A stretch of DNA of 64,000 bases from NCBI RefSeq assembly GCF_009914755.1, contig NC_060934.1; one strand, written 5' to 3'. A model generated the notes under the pieces. It saw nothing but the letters and a program-made list of their open reading frames with translations, was not told the origin of the DNA and ran no database searches. The DNA comes from the human T2T-CHM13v2.0 reference genome, Homo sapiens. The translations under genes were made by a program, and so were the position numbers. Positions within the stretch are counted from its first letter, which is position 1. The number at the start of each line of letters is the position of its first letter. Positions 1-15,783 of the stretch are shown piece by piece.

Positions 1-196
1 TCAGCAAGATCAATCTGCAAGCAGGGTGTGGGATAGATTAAAGCAGAGACCATTTAAGTGTCACCACAGTTATTGAGCTAAGTGCCATAAAAAGACTGAA
101 TGATGGTCATGGTTGGTGACATGGAGAAGACTGATGCAAGAGATGCTGAACAGGCAGAGGGCAGAGCTCAGTCAAAGGCATCTTCTCTGTGCTGCC

Positions 197-315
197 TCTA
201 GAGTGTAAGTCCCTTGAGGGCAGAGAGTTCTGTTTCATTCACTGATGTATCCTCAATGTCTAGAATGGTGCCTGGCCATTGCAGGAGCTCAATAAATGTT
301 TATTGAATAAATGGA
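197..315 (+). mobile_element. L2 3' end fragment
   Basis: tgtaagtcccttgagggcag...gtgcctggc...ctcaataaatgtttattgaat is the typical L2 tail. Confidence 0.7.
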
Positions 316-416
316 GAGAATGAGGAACAAGAGTGAAGTCAGAGAGTCATAAAATATTCTATTGCAAATTCTTTCAGAGCAGAAAATAAACCATTTTAAC
401 TTCTCTTTGCCACATC

Positions 417-738
417 CAGGAGTCCTCTCCTTATTGAAGGGAGATACATCCCAAGACCCCCAGCTGATGCCTGAAACTGCAGATAATACCTAACCCTGTA
501 TATACTATGATTTTTCCTGTACATAGATACCAATGACAAAGTGTAAGTTATAAATTAGGTACAGTAAGATGTTAACAATCAATAATAATGGGATAATTAT
601 AACAATATACTGTAATAAAAATATGTAAGCACCTTCTCTCTGACTCTCAAAATATGTTACATTGATAAAACTAACCAACCACTGCTGAGTGTAAATGAAA
701 ACTTGGAAAATGAAACTGCAGATAAGGGGGAACTATTG
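417..738 (-). mobile_element. MER44/Tigger7-family MITE
   Basis: TIRs caggagtcctctccttat / gataagggggaactattg followed by TA; internal ccaagacccccag...gatgcctgaaac. Confidence 0.7.
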
Positions 739-1204
739 TACAAGATAATCAGTATATGGGTTTGAATGTTTGAATGACTGAATAATATGTTAAGTTACCT
801 AGTATATTGTCCCTACCCTAACATTGATAAAGAATGATCACTACCTCCTGAGATAGATCTCCCGATTGTTGGTCAGCCCTTAATTTAGAACATTCCTTTG
901 TTAGGCCAAAATCTGTCTTCTTCTAACCTTCTATATCAATCCTAGTTTTTCCTTCTGGGTTTATTCAAAACAAGTTTGCTTTATGTTACACATAAAAACT
1001 TATTAACTGTATGCAAATGATTTATAAGTACCTCTCATCTCTGGTTTCTTATCTTCTGAGCTAAAACATTCAGTATATTCACTTTCCATAGGCATGACTT
1101 TTGAACCCTTCTCTGTCCCAGTCAATCTTATTAGCATTCCCTAAGAGCTCACCAATGGAGTCTTTCAGTTAAATATGAGGATTAAATGTGTGCATTTACC
1201 TCCC

Positions 1205-1805
1205 ATGGTGGGCTGAGTCCCCAGCTTCCAAATGTCCACTCTCTAATCTCTGAAATCTCTCACTCTGTTACCTTACAAGGCAAAAGGAACTTTGCAGATG
1301 TGAGGAAGGATCTGAGATCAGGTAGGGGAGATTATCCGGGACAATGTGGGTGGAACCAGTCTAATCTCATGAGTCTTTAAAAGCAGAGAATCTTGCCCAG
1401 CTGTGGTCAGAGAGAGCTCCAATGATAGAAGAAGAAAGAGAGATTCAAAGTGTGAGAGGGACTTCACCCATCATTGCTGGCTGTGAAGATGGAGTAAGGG
1501 GCCATGAGTCAAGGGGTGTGAGTGGTCCCTAGAAGCTGGGAATGGCCCTCAGGTGACAACCTGCAAGCAACAGGGATCTCAGTCCAACACCCACAAGGAA
1601 CTGAACTCTGCCAAAACTCAAGTGAGCAAGGAAATGGATCTTCCTGCAGAGTGTCCAGAAAGGAAAACAGACCTGTCAGCACTTTGACTTCAGCCCTGTG
1701 AATCCCCTGGCACTCTTCCAGCCATCGGAACTGTAAGGAAATTTTGCAGTGTTCAAGCCACAATGTTTGTGGTAATTTGGTAGGGCAGCAATAGAAACCC
1801 AATAC
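1205..1805 (+). mobile_element. MLT1E-like MaLR solo LTR
   Basis: gttaccttac..ggcaaaagg..actttgcagatgtg; ends gcagcaatagaaacccaatac. Confidence 0.75.
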
Positions 1806-3082
1806 CCCTCTCCTCCCTCTTGGTGTCCTGCCAAATTAATACCAAAGGGATTCGAGAATCAATAAGATAAAAAGATAAATCCACATATACAAGATAAATG
1901 GAAGAGGAAACAATACCAAAACATTTAGAAGCTGGAAAGCAGGAGGCAAGTGGTGACTAACTTAGTGATTAAAGACATCTGAATCCTAAATCAGCAGAGA
2001 GAAAGCTGAGAAGCAAACACAGAACCAACAACAACAACAACAACAAAAAGCTCTGAAATCAGTAGCATTAGCTACTTCTGGAAGTTAGAATGAAGACAGA
2101 TTACAAACAGGAAGACACATTTAAAGTTCACTTAAGGAGTAGTTAGAACATCCAGTCCCTTCCTGAGGCATTCACCTACTGACTGCCCCTCACTCACCCT
2201 GGCAGAATACTGGGACTTTTTCCTCTAGACAAGTAAAGTAGAAAACCTCTCAACTGAGACCTCAACAATCTTTGAGGTTGAGAGCTCCAGACCACAGACA
2301 TGGGAGATTAAGTTATAGTTTCTATAGTTCCAACCACCATCTCCACTCAGACCCCACAATGATGGCAGCCAGGCCAGACTCTCCAGATGAGAAGATTTTC
2401 TTCTAGGGATCTGGCCAAATTGAAAGGAAATTACTAATGACTCTGAGTGGGACTCCCCAGTGAACAAGACTGGTCAAACCTCCCTGCAGTGAGATCCACA
2501 GTTGAAAATCCCTACCTCTGAGCACAGGGCTCTGCCAGCCTTTAGTGCCCCTCTCTTAAATAGTTGCAGAGAGCCAAGGCTCACCAGACTTCAGAGGAGT
2601 AGCAGTGACATGAAAAAAAATGAAGCAAAAACCAAACAGATAAAACTTTTTGAAAGCAGAGTTTATGCAAGGAAATGAAACTTCAAATTCAGAAAACTAC
2701 CATTAATATCTTCAGATAGATAAGAGAGGATGCTTGGGTGAAACAAAGCAAGATGCTTTTTTTGAAAAAAAAAAAAAAAGAGAGAAAAAGGAAACATTCA
2801 GATAACCAAATAAAGAACCTTTGGAAATTAACAATATGATACAGAAATGGAAAACTCAGTAAAGTAGTTAGAAGATAACATTGAAGAAATCTCTCTAAAA
2901 GCAGAGTGAAAAAAAGAGATGAGTGAAAAATAGGAGAAATAAGAATGATAAAATAAATGGATATAAAAATACTTTTTAGCAGGAGAGAAGAGAAACAATA
3001 GATAGCACACAACCTTTAAAAAACATTTCCAGAACTAAAGAGCATGTGATTTCAATTTGTAAGGTTCATCACATGACCGGTA

Positions 3083-3445
3083 CAGCAGTCACTCCTTGTC
3101 TATGGTTTTGCTTTCCATAGTTTCAGTTACTCATGGTCATTGTGTGACTCAAAAGTATTAAATAGAAAATTCCAGAAATAAACAATTCATAACTTTTAAA
3201 TTGCATGCCATTCTGAGTAGTGTGATGAAATCTTGCACCATTCTGCTTTGTCTCATACTGGATATAAATTATTTCTTTGTCCAGCATATCCACATTGTAT
3301 ACACTATGGTCCCATTAGTTACTTGGTAGCTGTCTCAGTTATCTGCCTTAAAAAACATAGTATATGTAGAATTTGGTACTATTCATCATTTCAGAAATCT
3401 ACTGGGAGTCTTGGAATGTATCCCCCTTGGATAAAGTGATTATTG
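3083..3445 (+). mobile_element. MER44A (TcMar-Tigger MITE)
   Basis: Flanked by TA on both sides; core aaattccagaaataaacaattcataa.ttttaaattgc. Confidence 0.8.
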
Positions 3446-3736
3446 TACACTCACACTCAGGAACATCCTCATACAATTTCGGAACATGATAGAAAAACAG
3501 AATATACAACAGGCTTCCATTTGAAAATAAAAGTTCCATACAAAAAATCAAGCATCAGAGTGACATCAGACTTCTCAACCACAACACTGGAAGCTAGAAG
3601 AAAATGGAAAAAGTCTTCAAAATTCTTAGGGAAAACCATTTCCACTATAAAATTCTGTGCTACCAAATTATCAGTACATTTTGAGCATAGAATGAGTACA
3701 CTTTCTGAGAACCAAGTTGTTAAATTCTTTACCTCC

Positions 3737-4245
3737 TGTATCATAAAGAATCCTGGCTGGAAGACAGAACAAACACAAACTGGGTAATTGGAGGAGAATA
3801 TTAATAAAGACTCTACTTACAAAAATCTGATCAAATCATAGAAAAAACATGGCAATAGTGAAGTAAGGGATTAGGAATCACAGGCAATTACCTCCCCCTT
3901 GCCCAATGAGGAATGGAAAGAGAACTATGACCAGCACCGAGGTACAAGGGGTCTGCAGGGAGAGGACAACCTTCTAGGATCTGAGACCTTCCTTCAAGGG
4001 ATGTGACTTGTGCTGAGTGACCTGACAGAAAGAAAGCTGGAAGATATTATATGTATATCCCAACCTCAGTGTCCCTCCTCTGTCCCTTCCCTGCTGATGC
4101 CTACTCTTATTTAAACCCCTTCAGAAGTCAGAGGACATGGGAGACCATTGACGGCAACTGTGTGCGTTGGCCTCTGAGTGCACAGAGCATGGTGGAGAAG
4201 GGTAGAGAGTGGATCCGTCAGGGCAAAGATGACATATTCAGCTCA
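3737..4245 (-). mobile_element. LTR33-like ERVL solo LTR
   Basis: TG...CA ends with perfect 5-bp TSD cctcc (3732-3736 / 4246-4250). Confidence 0.75.
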
Positions 4246-4466
4246 CCTCCCATGCACCCTCTCTCACAAAACCGTAGGAAAACATGCTTCACAAAAAGGA
4301 TAAACTAAAACAATAAAGAGGAAGACATCGTTCAGGAAACAAGGGACTCGATAAGGGAGAAAGGCAAGAGGAATGCCCAGCCTGAGAGTGAAGGATGATC
4401 CCAGGATGAGCTTTTATTATAGATTTCTAGTTACACCTCATTATGGTCAGAGAATATGGTCTATAT

Positions 4467-4996
4467 CAGCCGTCCCCAACCTTTTTGGCACCAGGGACCA
4501 GTTTGCAGAAGACCAATTTTCCATGAACCAGAGGGAGGAGGATGGTTTCAGGATGATTCAAGCGCATTACACTTATTGTCCACTTTATTTCTATTATCAT
4601 TACATTGTAATATATAAGAAATAATTATACAACTCACCATAATGTAGAATCAGTGGGAGCCCTGAGCTGATTTTCCTGCAACTGGACAGTCCCATCTGGG
4701 GATGATGGAAGACAGCGGTAGATCATCAGGCATTAGGTTCTCATAAGGACCGTGCAACCTAGATCCCTTGCATGCTCAGTTCACAATAGGGTTCGCACTC
4801 CTATGAGAATCTAATGCTGCCACTGATCCAACAGGAGGTGAAGCTCAGGTGGTAATGCAACCAATGGCAAGCTTGTGGCTGTAAATACAGATGAAGCTTA
4901 GCTCACTTGCCTGCCGCTCACCTCCTGCTGTGTGACTTGGTTCCTAACAGACAATGGACTGGTATCCGTCTGTGGTTAGGGGGTTGGGGATCCCTG
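4467..4996 (+). mobile_element. MER1A (hAT-Charlie)
   Basis: TIRs cagccgtccccaacc / ggttggggatccctg; perfect 8-bp TSD gtctatat (4459-4466 / 4997-5004). Confidence 0.9.
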
Positions 4997-5592
4997 GTCT
5001 ATATGGTTTCAGACCTCTAATATGTCTTTAATCTTGTTTTACAGCACAGCAAATGTGTCTTATGATGAATATGCATTTGAAAAAAAAAAATGTGTATTTT
5101 ATATTTGGTGGGTAGATGTTCTATAAGTGACTGTTATTTCCTTTCTGATTTTCTTACTGAGAACTTATTAGACAGATCTTACTAGAACTATCATATAGTG
5201 AGAGATAGATATTGAAATTTGCAACTATCATTTTAGTTTTGTCTATTTCTCCTTTCAGTCTTGTCCATTTTTGAAGCTTTGTTATTAGGCACATATTCAT
5301 CGAGGACTGTTATGTCTTTGTGGTGAATTGACCCTTTTGTCACTGGAGTCCGTGTTTCTCCTTAACTCTGGTACTATTTCTCATCCAGAAATCTACCTTA
5401 TCTGATAGCAATACAGCCCACTCTCACTTTCTTTGGGGAAGTCTTTGCATAATATGTTTCTTTCCATCCTTTTACTTTTAACCCATCTGGGTCTTTATAT
5501 TTAAAGTGAATTTCTTATAGATAGCATATAGTTATGTGTTGCTTTTATATCCATTCTGGTAATTACTGCTTTTCAGTAGGAGTGATTAAACC

Positions 5593-5802
5593 ATAGGTCA
5601 GCAAATGTTTGCCTAAAAGGCCAAATGGTAAATATTTTAGGCTTTTCAGGTCATATGGTTTTGATTGCAACTACTCAACCACGACAGAGTGTGAACGCAG
5701 CCATAGAAAGTATGTAAATGAATGGGACTGGCTGTGTTCCAATAAGGCTTTATTTACAGACACAGGAGGTTTTCCTGTGGGACATACATTGTGGAACCTT
5801 GA
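5593..5802 (+). mobile_element. MER58A (hAT-Charlie)
   Basis: ggccaaatggtaaatattttaggc...gtaaatgaatggg..tggctgtgttccaataa. Confidence 0.75.
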
Positions 5803-6476
5803 TTAGATCATTTACATTTAATGTGATTATTGATATGGTTAGTTTTAAATCCCATCTTGCTATTCTGTTTTCTGTTTATGCCATCTATTCTTGGTTCCAT
5901 TTTTTCTGCTTTCTTTGGAATTTAAAAAAAAAATTATTATTCTCTTTCATTTCCTCCATTGGTTTGTTAGCTATATCTCTATTTTGTTTTTAGTAGTTAC
6001 TCTAGGGTTTCCAATAGGCATCATTATCGTATTACATTCTACCCTCAAATAACACACCACTTCATATATAACATATGAGTTTCTTAACAGTATTCTTTAA
6101 TTTCTCCCATTTCATCCTCTGTGCCATGTTGTCACGCATTTTTCTTTTATATTTATATACCTCACAATCCATTTTTATTATCTTTGCTTTAAACAATTGT
6201 CTTTTAAATAAATTTTTAAATGAGAAAAAAGTTCTATAATATTTATTATGTATTTACTATTTCCAATACTCTTCATTCCTTTGGTGGATTTATTTGGGGA
6301 AGTAGTCAGTTGATATCACTTTCCTTCAGCTGAAAGAACTTTCTTTACCTTCTTTTTGGTTTTGGTTTCGGTTTTTTTAGACTAGAGGTCTACTAGCAAG
6401 CATTTTCTCTGCTTTTGTTTGTCTGAAAATATCTCTATTTTATTTTGATTTTGAGGAATATTTTCTTTACATATAA

Positions 6477-7172
<696 letters not shown>

Positions 7173-7891
7173 TCAAATTGTTAAAGATATTCCATTGCCT
7201 TCTGTCTTGCCTTGTGTATGATGGGAAACCAATGATTTTCTTATCTTTGTCCCCTGTATGTAATATGTCTTTTTTATCTAGTCATTTTTAAGATTTTCTC
7301 TCTATTACTCATTTTCAGCAATTTGATTATGTGTGATATTTGTGTTTATCTTACTTGGCATTCATTAACATTTTGTACCCCTGAGTTTATAATTTTCATT
7401 AAATTTGAAAACATTTCCGTCATTCTTTCTTCTAATACTCTTCTTTTCTCCTTCAAGGATTCTAATGGCACATATGTTAGATTGCTGCTGCTGTCACATT
7501 TATCACCATGGCTCTTCATGTTTTTAGCCTTTTTCCCTCCCTGTGTTTTATTTTCAGTAGTTTCCATTGTTATGTCTTCAAGTCCACTGTTACTTTTTTT
7601 TTAATGCTAATCTATTAAGCTTATTGATTGGATGTTTCTTTTCAGATACCGTATTTTTTATTTGGTGTTAGGCAAACTTTCGTATCTCTCATTTCATTTT
7701 ATTCATGTTTTTCTTGAAGTCCTTGACATAAGTAAGCATGTTTATAAGAAGTGATTTAAATTTCTTATCTGCTGTAGAATCAACTGTCATTTCTGGGTCT
7801 TGCCCTTGACTGATCTTTCTCCTGGTATGTGCCACATTTCCCTGCCTCTGCACAAGGAATCATTTTTTATTGAATACATACATAGTGTGTG

Positions 7892-8488
7892 TGTTGATGG
7901 CTGTTGTAAGTCCTCGAGTCTTGTCTTCTTAGTTTAAAAGAATTTCAACAAGAGATACACAGCAAAGGAGATGTAGCATAGACTAATTTATTGAAAAAGA
8001 AAAAGAATATTTTGTAAGTTAGGTGCAGAATGGACAGTACACCCTGAGAGAAACTTCAGGGCAGGCTGCTCGTAAGGATGAGACATCAAAGGCCGGCAGA
8101 GGGATGCTCCCTTTAATGGAGTCTTCCATGATTATTCATAAACGGGTGGGAAGAGGTGTTGCTAGTAAGCATGTTCTGGGCGGTCCTTTTCGTGCATTTG
8201 CGCAGTAGCTGTACATGGATGTTCATATGTCGCATGTCTCATTAGCATCTTAAATCTCCACCCAGGTGTGTGTTTTTTATTATTATAATGAGCAAAGCGT
8301 GAGTTTGAGGACAGGTAAAGTCAAAATGCGCATGTTCCCTACAGGGGAAATTCCCTTCTGGAGACAGCTTTGTTTGAATGAGCTGGCCTTCAGTGTGAAT
8401 GCTGAGGCTCATCGTGTTGACTGGCCAGTCACCATAGTTGCCGTACCCCGCAGACACAGTTGCTTCCTTGCCTACCTATCCTGCCTCA
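7892..8488 (-). mobile_element. ERV1-class solo LTR (LTR19-like; family uncertain)
   Basis: Minus strand begins TGAGGCAGGATAGGTAG, carries an AATAAA and ends in CA; near-TSD tgtg/tatg. Confidence 0.6.
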
Positions 8489-9597
8489 TATGCAACATTG
8501 TTGAGTGTCTAGACTATGTGTCTTCCTTTAAAGAGTGTTGAATTTCTTTTCCAACCAGCTAAGTTTATTCTGATCAGCGTAACTCTTAAACTTTGTTAGT
8601 GAAGTTCTGGAGTAGTTTTTAGGGTAGGGCTAGTTTAGTCCCACTACCAAGGCATAACTAAGCATCCAGTGTCTCTTTTGAATGTGCTGAGGATTCAGCA
8701 AGGTCTATTCCCTTGGGCTAGTCAGAAATCAAATGTCTTCCAGCCCCGCGAGGTCTGTAATTGCCCTGCTCCCTGGGGTAGTTCTCTGCCTAGCCCTGTG
8801 GAAATTTACCTGTGCATACCCAGTTTAGCCTTCAGTCAAAGACTGGGTGGAATCCCTTTGCAGATTTCTGCTGCTCTTCTTCTGGGTAGCTCCTGCCTCC
8901 CAGGTATTCTCCACAAAATCTGAGCTGCCTTGGCGTCTGATGTCTGTCTCCTCCTCTTAGATGGCCATCCCCTGCCTGGTTCTACCTTCCTGGTCTGCAG
9001 AGCTCCTCTGGGCAGAAAGTCATGGCAGTCACAGGGTTCACTGTGTTTTTCTCTCTCTCAAAGATCATGATCCTGCATTGCCAGTTGTCCATATCCGAAA
9101 ACAATTTTTCATCTATTTTGTCTAGTCTTCTGGTTGTTTACAGTGGGAAGAGAAATCTGTGACTCCATCGTGGTCATGTTGGACTTTAAATGCAGATTAC
9201 TAATTTAACATTGTTCAGTTTCATTCCAGTTAAGGAAGCCTGGGGCAAAGGTCTATCTGCAAGACAATCTTAGATTCTAAGAAATTAAAGTGTTGGACGG
9301 TTCATGGTCAGAGGTAAAAGGACACTCATATCTGTTTTCTTATCGTGAAGAGCATGGGATTTTGGGGGATAGCCTTAAAATAGAAAACAAGATGTTGGTT
9401 TTATAACTAACCACCCTCCATGAAAGGCCTCCCTTAGCCTCAGGCCAGAGAGTTTTTTATTAGAACAATGTCATTCTGTCCCACATATTACAGAAGTAGG
9501 GACATTTGTCATGGGAAACTGAAAAAAAGTTAGCATTAGGGTGTGTTTACAAGGTACGTGACGTTATATGCATGTACAGCATGGATACACTTCATGA

Positions 9598-9740
<143 letters not shown>

Positions 9741-11089
9741 CGTGACCATTTTCTGAAGCTGGACAGTCTCCTCACTCTCATTCCAAATTGTATTCCTAAA
9801 ATGCCTTCCTACTTTCCCTAAACTATTTGGACAGAAAATTGATGCTATATTCATATATACAAAGCATACATAAGCACACACGTTCATATACCTACACATA
9901 TACATACACACAGTGTACAAAATGCCTGATGTGATGACAGTATTTACCCCCAACAGCACAGATTTCATTAAAATAAGAGCATTTGAGGAAAAAATGATTA
10001 TTGACTCTCTATCTAGTGTAGTCTAGTGCACTTATATTAATTTTATTTTTCATCACCCTGGTATCTGAATTGGCCTTTGTCATCTCACGGGGGAAAGAGA
10101 TGAACATCGAGGGTGTGTGGCTGCTAGATTTCACTTGGGAGGCAGGAGGATGCCGAGGAGAGACACAGATACTTTGAAGTAGAACTAACATAACTGAAAA
10201 TAGGACTGAAGCTCTTTTTGTGTAAATTGTTGCTGTTTTCTGTTGGATGTGGAAGAATAAACGATTCTTTGCTGTTCAACATAACCCTTTCTTTATTCAT
10301 GTTTGACAGGACAGACTGTCTATTTAAAGTAAATTGAGCAGAAACAATTACTGGCAAGAGTCCTCATTTAAAAAGTGCCATCTGAACTCATTTCTGCCCC
10401 TCTGCTGCCCTTCTGTGGCTATTTCTTGTAACAACACCTCAGTGCTCAGGGCTGGGAGGCAGGAGGGAGCTCTTGATTTCCCAGCCCCTACTTTCCCTAA
10501 CATATTTTCCCAAGCAAATTCAGTCAAGTCCAACTTTCAAAACATCCCAACTGCGCAACTAAATGCTATAACAAAGTAGGAGGAGACAAACAACTGTACT
10601 CGGTGTCCACTTCCTGGTCCAATATGGCCCCACCGTCCCAGAAATCCTTACAGGGCATTCACAATCAAACTGCCCTGCCCCTAGTACAAAATGTGCTCTT
10701 TCTGTACATGCCTGGGATGACCTCCAATCCCAGAATAATAGAATGTGATCTGCTTCCTCCTCACTATGTATTATATAATCTGTGTCCCTCCAACCTCTAG
10801 AGACCGCCCCAAACCCACATCTCCCAGAAAATATGCTAGACTACTTCCAAACACAAACCACAGTGTCTCAGCATTTATCAAGCACCCGAAATAAAGTGTC
10901 TCTAAGTAACTTGAACATGTATCAGGTACCAAATGCTTAAATTTGGATAACCTCATAGATAATTACTTGAAAAATTAATAAAGTATATTTTAATTATTAA
11001 CTTTATTAACATATAGTGTTTTATGAGCAGGAATCTTTGCTTAAGTGACTTCTGTTGGAAGAAGAGATCAGAGGAAAACAGAATTTAAG

Positions 11090-11270
11090 CCCCCTATCAG
11101 AATACAGGCTCATTAACTGGGTGTGTGACCTTGGTTTATGGGGATAAAATGGTACCCACAGAAATGGTTGTTCAGAGAACTGATGGAGATTTTGCGTGAA
11201 GAGATTTAACATGTGCCTGACATAGAGTAAGATTTCTATAAAACATAAGCTAGTAGTAATAGCTATTATT
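11090..11270 (+). mobile_element. MIR
   Basis: tgtgtgaccttgg...taaaatgg...gtgcctgacatagagtaag. Confidence 0.6.
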
Positions 11271-11941
11271 ATCTGAAATATTTATATGTCAAGAAGATAG
11301 GCAGGAGATTTTATAAGCTGATATAGCTTTAGTTTTCACTGTAGAATTGTAAACCAAATGCCAGCGAATTTGCATATGTTGTTTCAATTGCTATCTCTTA
11401 CTGATGATATATTGTGTTAGTTTTTCTCCTGGTTAATAGAATTTTGTTTTAAATAAAAATTAAGTCACATTCAGAATAAATTTGCTTAAAAGAAATCTGT
11501 CACTACCTTTATCTTCTAGTGAAGCTGAACTGAGAAAGCCATAAAATTAGCAACTCAGGGAAATAGCATGCTCGAGGGAAAATTCCACTTCCAACAGAGT
11601 TAACAAAATAATCTGGTATTACAATGTTCTACTGAAATGCAACATTTTATGCTAGCATTTTTTACAATTATTTTTTTCTGGTATCAAAAATAGTGCATTT
11701 CTACTGTAAACAAATTTTAGAAAATACGCAGCAAAGACTTAAGAGCATTGGTGATCCCACAGTTAAGAGCCAATCCTTCTTAAAGTATTAGTGAATTAAT
11801 GACTGTCTTTTTTTTCTAAACCAGTGCTGTCTAATAGAAGTTTCCGTGATGACGAAAATGTCTTCCATCTGTGCTGTCAAACATGAGAACCACTAGCCAT
11901 GAGTGGCTATAAAGTATCTGAAATGTAGCTAGAAAAAATAA

Positions 11942-12273
<332 letters not shown>

Positions 12274-12468
12274 TTAATTATGTTTAATGTTGATTAATTA
12301 AAATTCATAGTTTTTTGATTTTTTCCCAGCTTTAGTGAGGTATAATTGACAAATCAAAATAATATATATTTAAAGTAAATAACATGATAATTTTATTTTT
12401 GTATACATTGTGAAATGATTATTACAATCAAGTTTAACAAATCCATCACCTCACATAGTTACCGCTTA

Positions 12469-12472
<4 letters not shown>

Positions 12473-12515
<43 letters not shown>

Positions 12516-12540
12516 GATTGAGAGAGAGAGAGAGAGAGAG
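12473..12540. repeat. (TG)n then (GA)n compound microsatellite
   Basis: Read directly. Confidence 0.95.
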
Positions 12541-12555
12541 AAGAACACTTAAGAT

Positions 12556-12827
12556 TCTGGCTCTGTCACCCAGCCTGAAGTGCGGTGGTGCAATCTCAGC
12601 TTACTGCAACTTCTGCCTGCCAGATTCAAGTAATTCTCCTGCCTCTGTCTTCTGAGTAGCTGAGACTACAGGTGCATGCCACCACGCCTGGCTAATTTTT
12701 GTATTTTTAGAAGAGATGGGCTTCACCATGCTGGCCAGGTTGGTCTCAAACTCCTGACCTCAAGTGATCCACCTGCCTCGGCCTCCCAAAGTGCTGGGAT
12801 TACAGACATAAGCTACTGTGCCCGGCT
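12556..12827 (-). mobile_element. AluS lacking a poly-A tail
   Basis: Antisense dimeric Alu. Confidence 0.85.
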
Positions 12828-13682
12828 ACTCTCAGCAAATTTCAAGTGAACAGTACAGTATAATTAACTATGGTCACCATATTGTACATTAGATCCCCAG
12901 TCCTTCCTCACCTTATAACTGAAAGTTTAGACCCTTCCATCAGCGTCTCCCCATTTTCCTCACCAGCTACTGCTCTACTTTCTGCTTTTATGAGTTCAAC
13001 TTTGATAGATTTTGCATGTGAGTGAGATCATGTGGTATTTGTCTTTCTGGGTCTTCCTTCCTTCACTTAGCACGATCTCCTTCAGTTCATTCATGCTGCT
13101 GCCAATGTCAGCATTTCCTTCTTTTCCATGACTGAATAATATTCCACTCTCTATATAAACATATTTTTATCCATTCATCGGTCAACAAATATAATTTAAA
13201 TGTAAATTGTCACATGTTGCTAATGCCTGCCATATTGGCATTAGCCAATACAGCTCTCAATGGATATTTTTATGATATTGGGAACTTAACATTGCATTGG
13301 GAGCATTTCCCCCATGTTATAAAACATCCTGGGAAAACATAATTTAAATGGCTGTTTATTTTATTAAATGAAGGTATTATGATTAATTTGAACATCACTG
13401 ATTATGAGGCAATTGGATTTTTTTCATTTTAACTCTTGTAAATAAAACTAGAGTAAACCACTTTGTAAAGAAATATTTGTCTAGCATCATGACTGTTTCC
13501 TTAGGATAGATCTGGAGAGATAAATTATTAGGTGAAAGGATAAACACCTCTTTAAGGCTCTAAACACATGCTGCTATGTTGGTTTCCTAAGACGTTGAAT
13601 CCATTATACGCCCACGAGCAAGTATCCAGAGAACCTGCCTCTCTGTGCCCTTGTCAACGTCAAGCATTACCCAATTCTCTAA

Positions 13683-13713
<31 letters not shown>

Positions 13714-13785
13714 CAAAACCTTTGAGTAATTGACAAGCAGAAATGAGATCAAGTGGTTTGAGTATTTTTGTCCTTGATTGGTGGT

Positions 13786-14189
13786 TGTGGTGGTCATGGA
13801 GATGGGCCTCCCAGATCCCCTGCTAAGGAAAGACGTGCTGCCCCTGCTGCAGTTGTGTGATGAGCAGACAGTACCTGCCACCTGCTTCAGGATTGGCTTC
13901 AGGTGCAGGTTGTTCCCTTCTGGGGTGACCCACACCCAGTGACATGTGAGGCAGAGGCATGCGGACCTGGCATGTGGGCCCGACTTGGGCCACTCTGATG
14001 GGCGGTGCTCACTCGGGAGCTCATGGCTGGGCTGCCCAATGAATTGCTGGGTCTGCGTCACAAATGGACATCTCCGTCTGCCCATCCTGCTTCCTCCACC
14101 CCATTCCTTTCATAGGTGTGGATCCCTGAGGAATATCTAGCACCTCAAACCCATCGCAGCGTCTGTTCCTGGAGACCCAAATTGCAACA
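13786..14189 (+). mobile_element. LTR16-like ERVL solo LTR
   Basis: cctcccagatcccc...tctgcccatcctgcttcc..cataggtgt.gatcc...cccaaattgcaaca. Confidence 0.65.
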
Positions 14190-14355
14190 GAAGTGATATT
14201 GGACTTTTACATTTTATTTGCCGTTTTCTGTCATGTTTGTGTTGAGAAGGATTCTGAGGCTACTTTTCAGGCAAGCAGGAAAGAATGCGGATATCAAACA
14301 ATACATTTCAATCAAAAGATTTGTTATGTCTGAAGCAATAGAAAATGTAATAAGT

Positions 14356-14689
<334 letters not shown>

Positions 14690-14720
14690 TTAAAACTTTT
14701 TGCATATGAAAAACACCCTA

Positions 14721-15059
<339 letters not shown>

Positions 15060-15176
15060 TTAAGGCACAATATGAAATGACAATAGACAAAGGTTTAATA
15101 TTTACCTCCAAAGAGAACTTATATGTCAAACTAACCCACATAGAGAAAACATTGTGCTATCCTGTCTTATGTGCCA

Positions 15177-15620
<444 letters not shown>

Positions 15621-15783
15621 TGAAGAAGCTTAATGAAAATGAGATTGTGGCTTTGCAGGCAAAATCATAGTTCTTCCAACCCTCTTGATCCAAAAAGACT
15701 GAGAAAAGTGAAGTAAAGTTGAGTTGAGGTCCCTCTCCAACAACAAAGTCTCGCCTAACCCTGATGTCTTCTCTCTTTTACAG

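Larger units (their letters stand above)
1850..4412 (+). mobile_element. HAL1 / old L1 ORF1-type element, interrupted by MER44A and LTR33
   Basis: ORF 3443-3787 reads YKKSSIRVTSDFSTTTLEARRKW, matching the L1 ORF1p C-terminal motif. Removing the LTR restores tttacctcccatgcaccct, and the downstream gaggaagacat..caggaaaca..gggga resembles HAL1. Confidence 0.65.
12315..13190 (-). mobile_element. L1MA9-like 3' end containing a (TG)n(GA)n microsatellite and an Alu
   Basis: cagcttta.tgaggtataattgacaa...catcacctcacatagttacc; tgagatcatgtggtatttgtctttct. Confidence 0.75.

Noticed and set aside
417-3445. Inverted MER44 pair as a composite transposon
   Set aside because: Each copy has both of its own TIRs and a different internal segment, so they are independent insertions.
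3443-3787. 114-aa ORF1p-like ORF as a domesticated L1TD1-type gene
   Set aside because: A short fragment between two inserted elements with no proper start; the surrounding HAL1 frame is broken.
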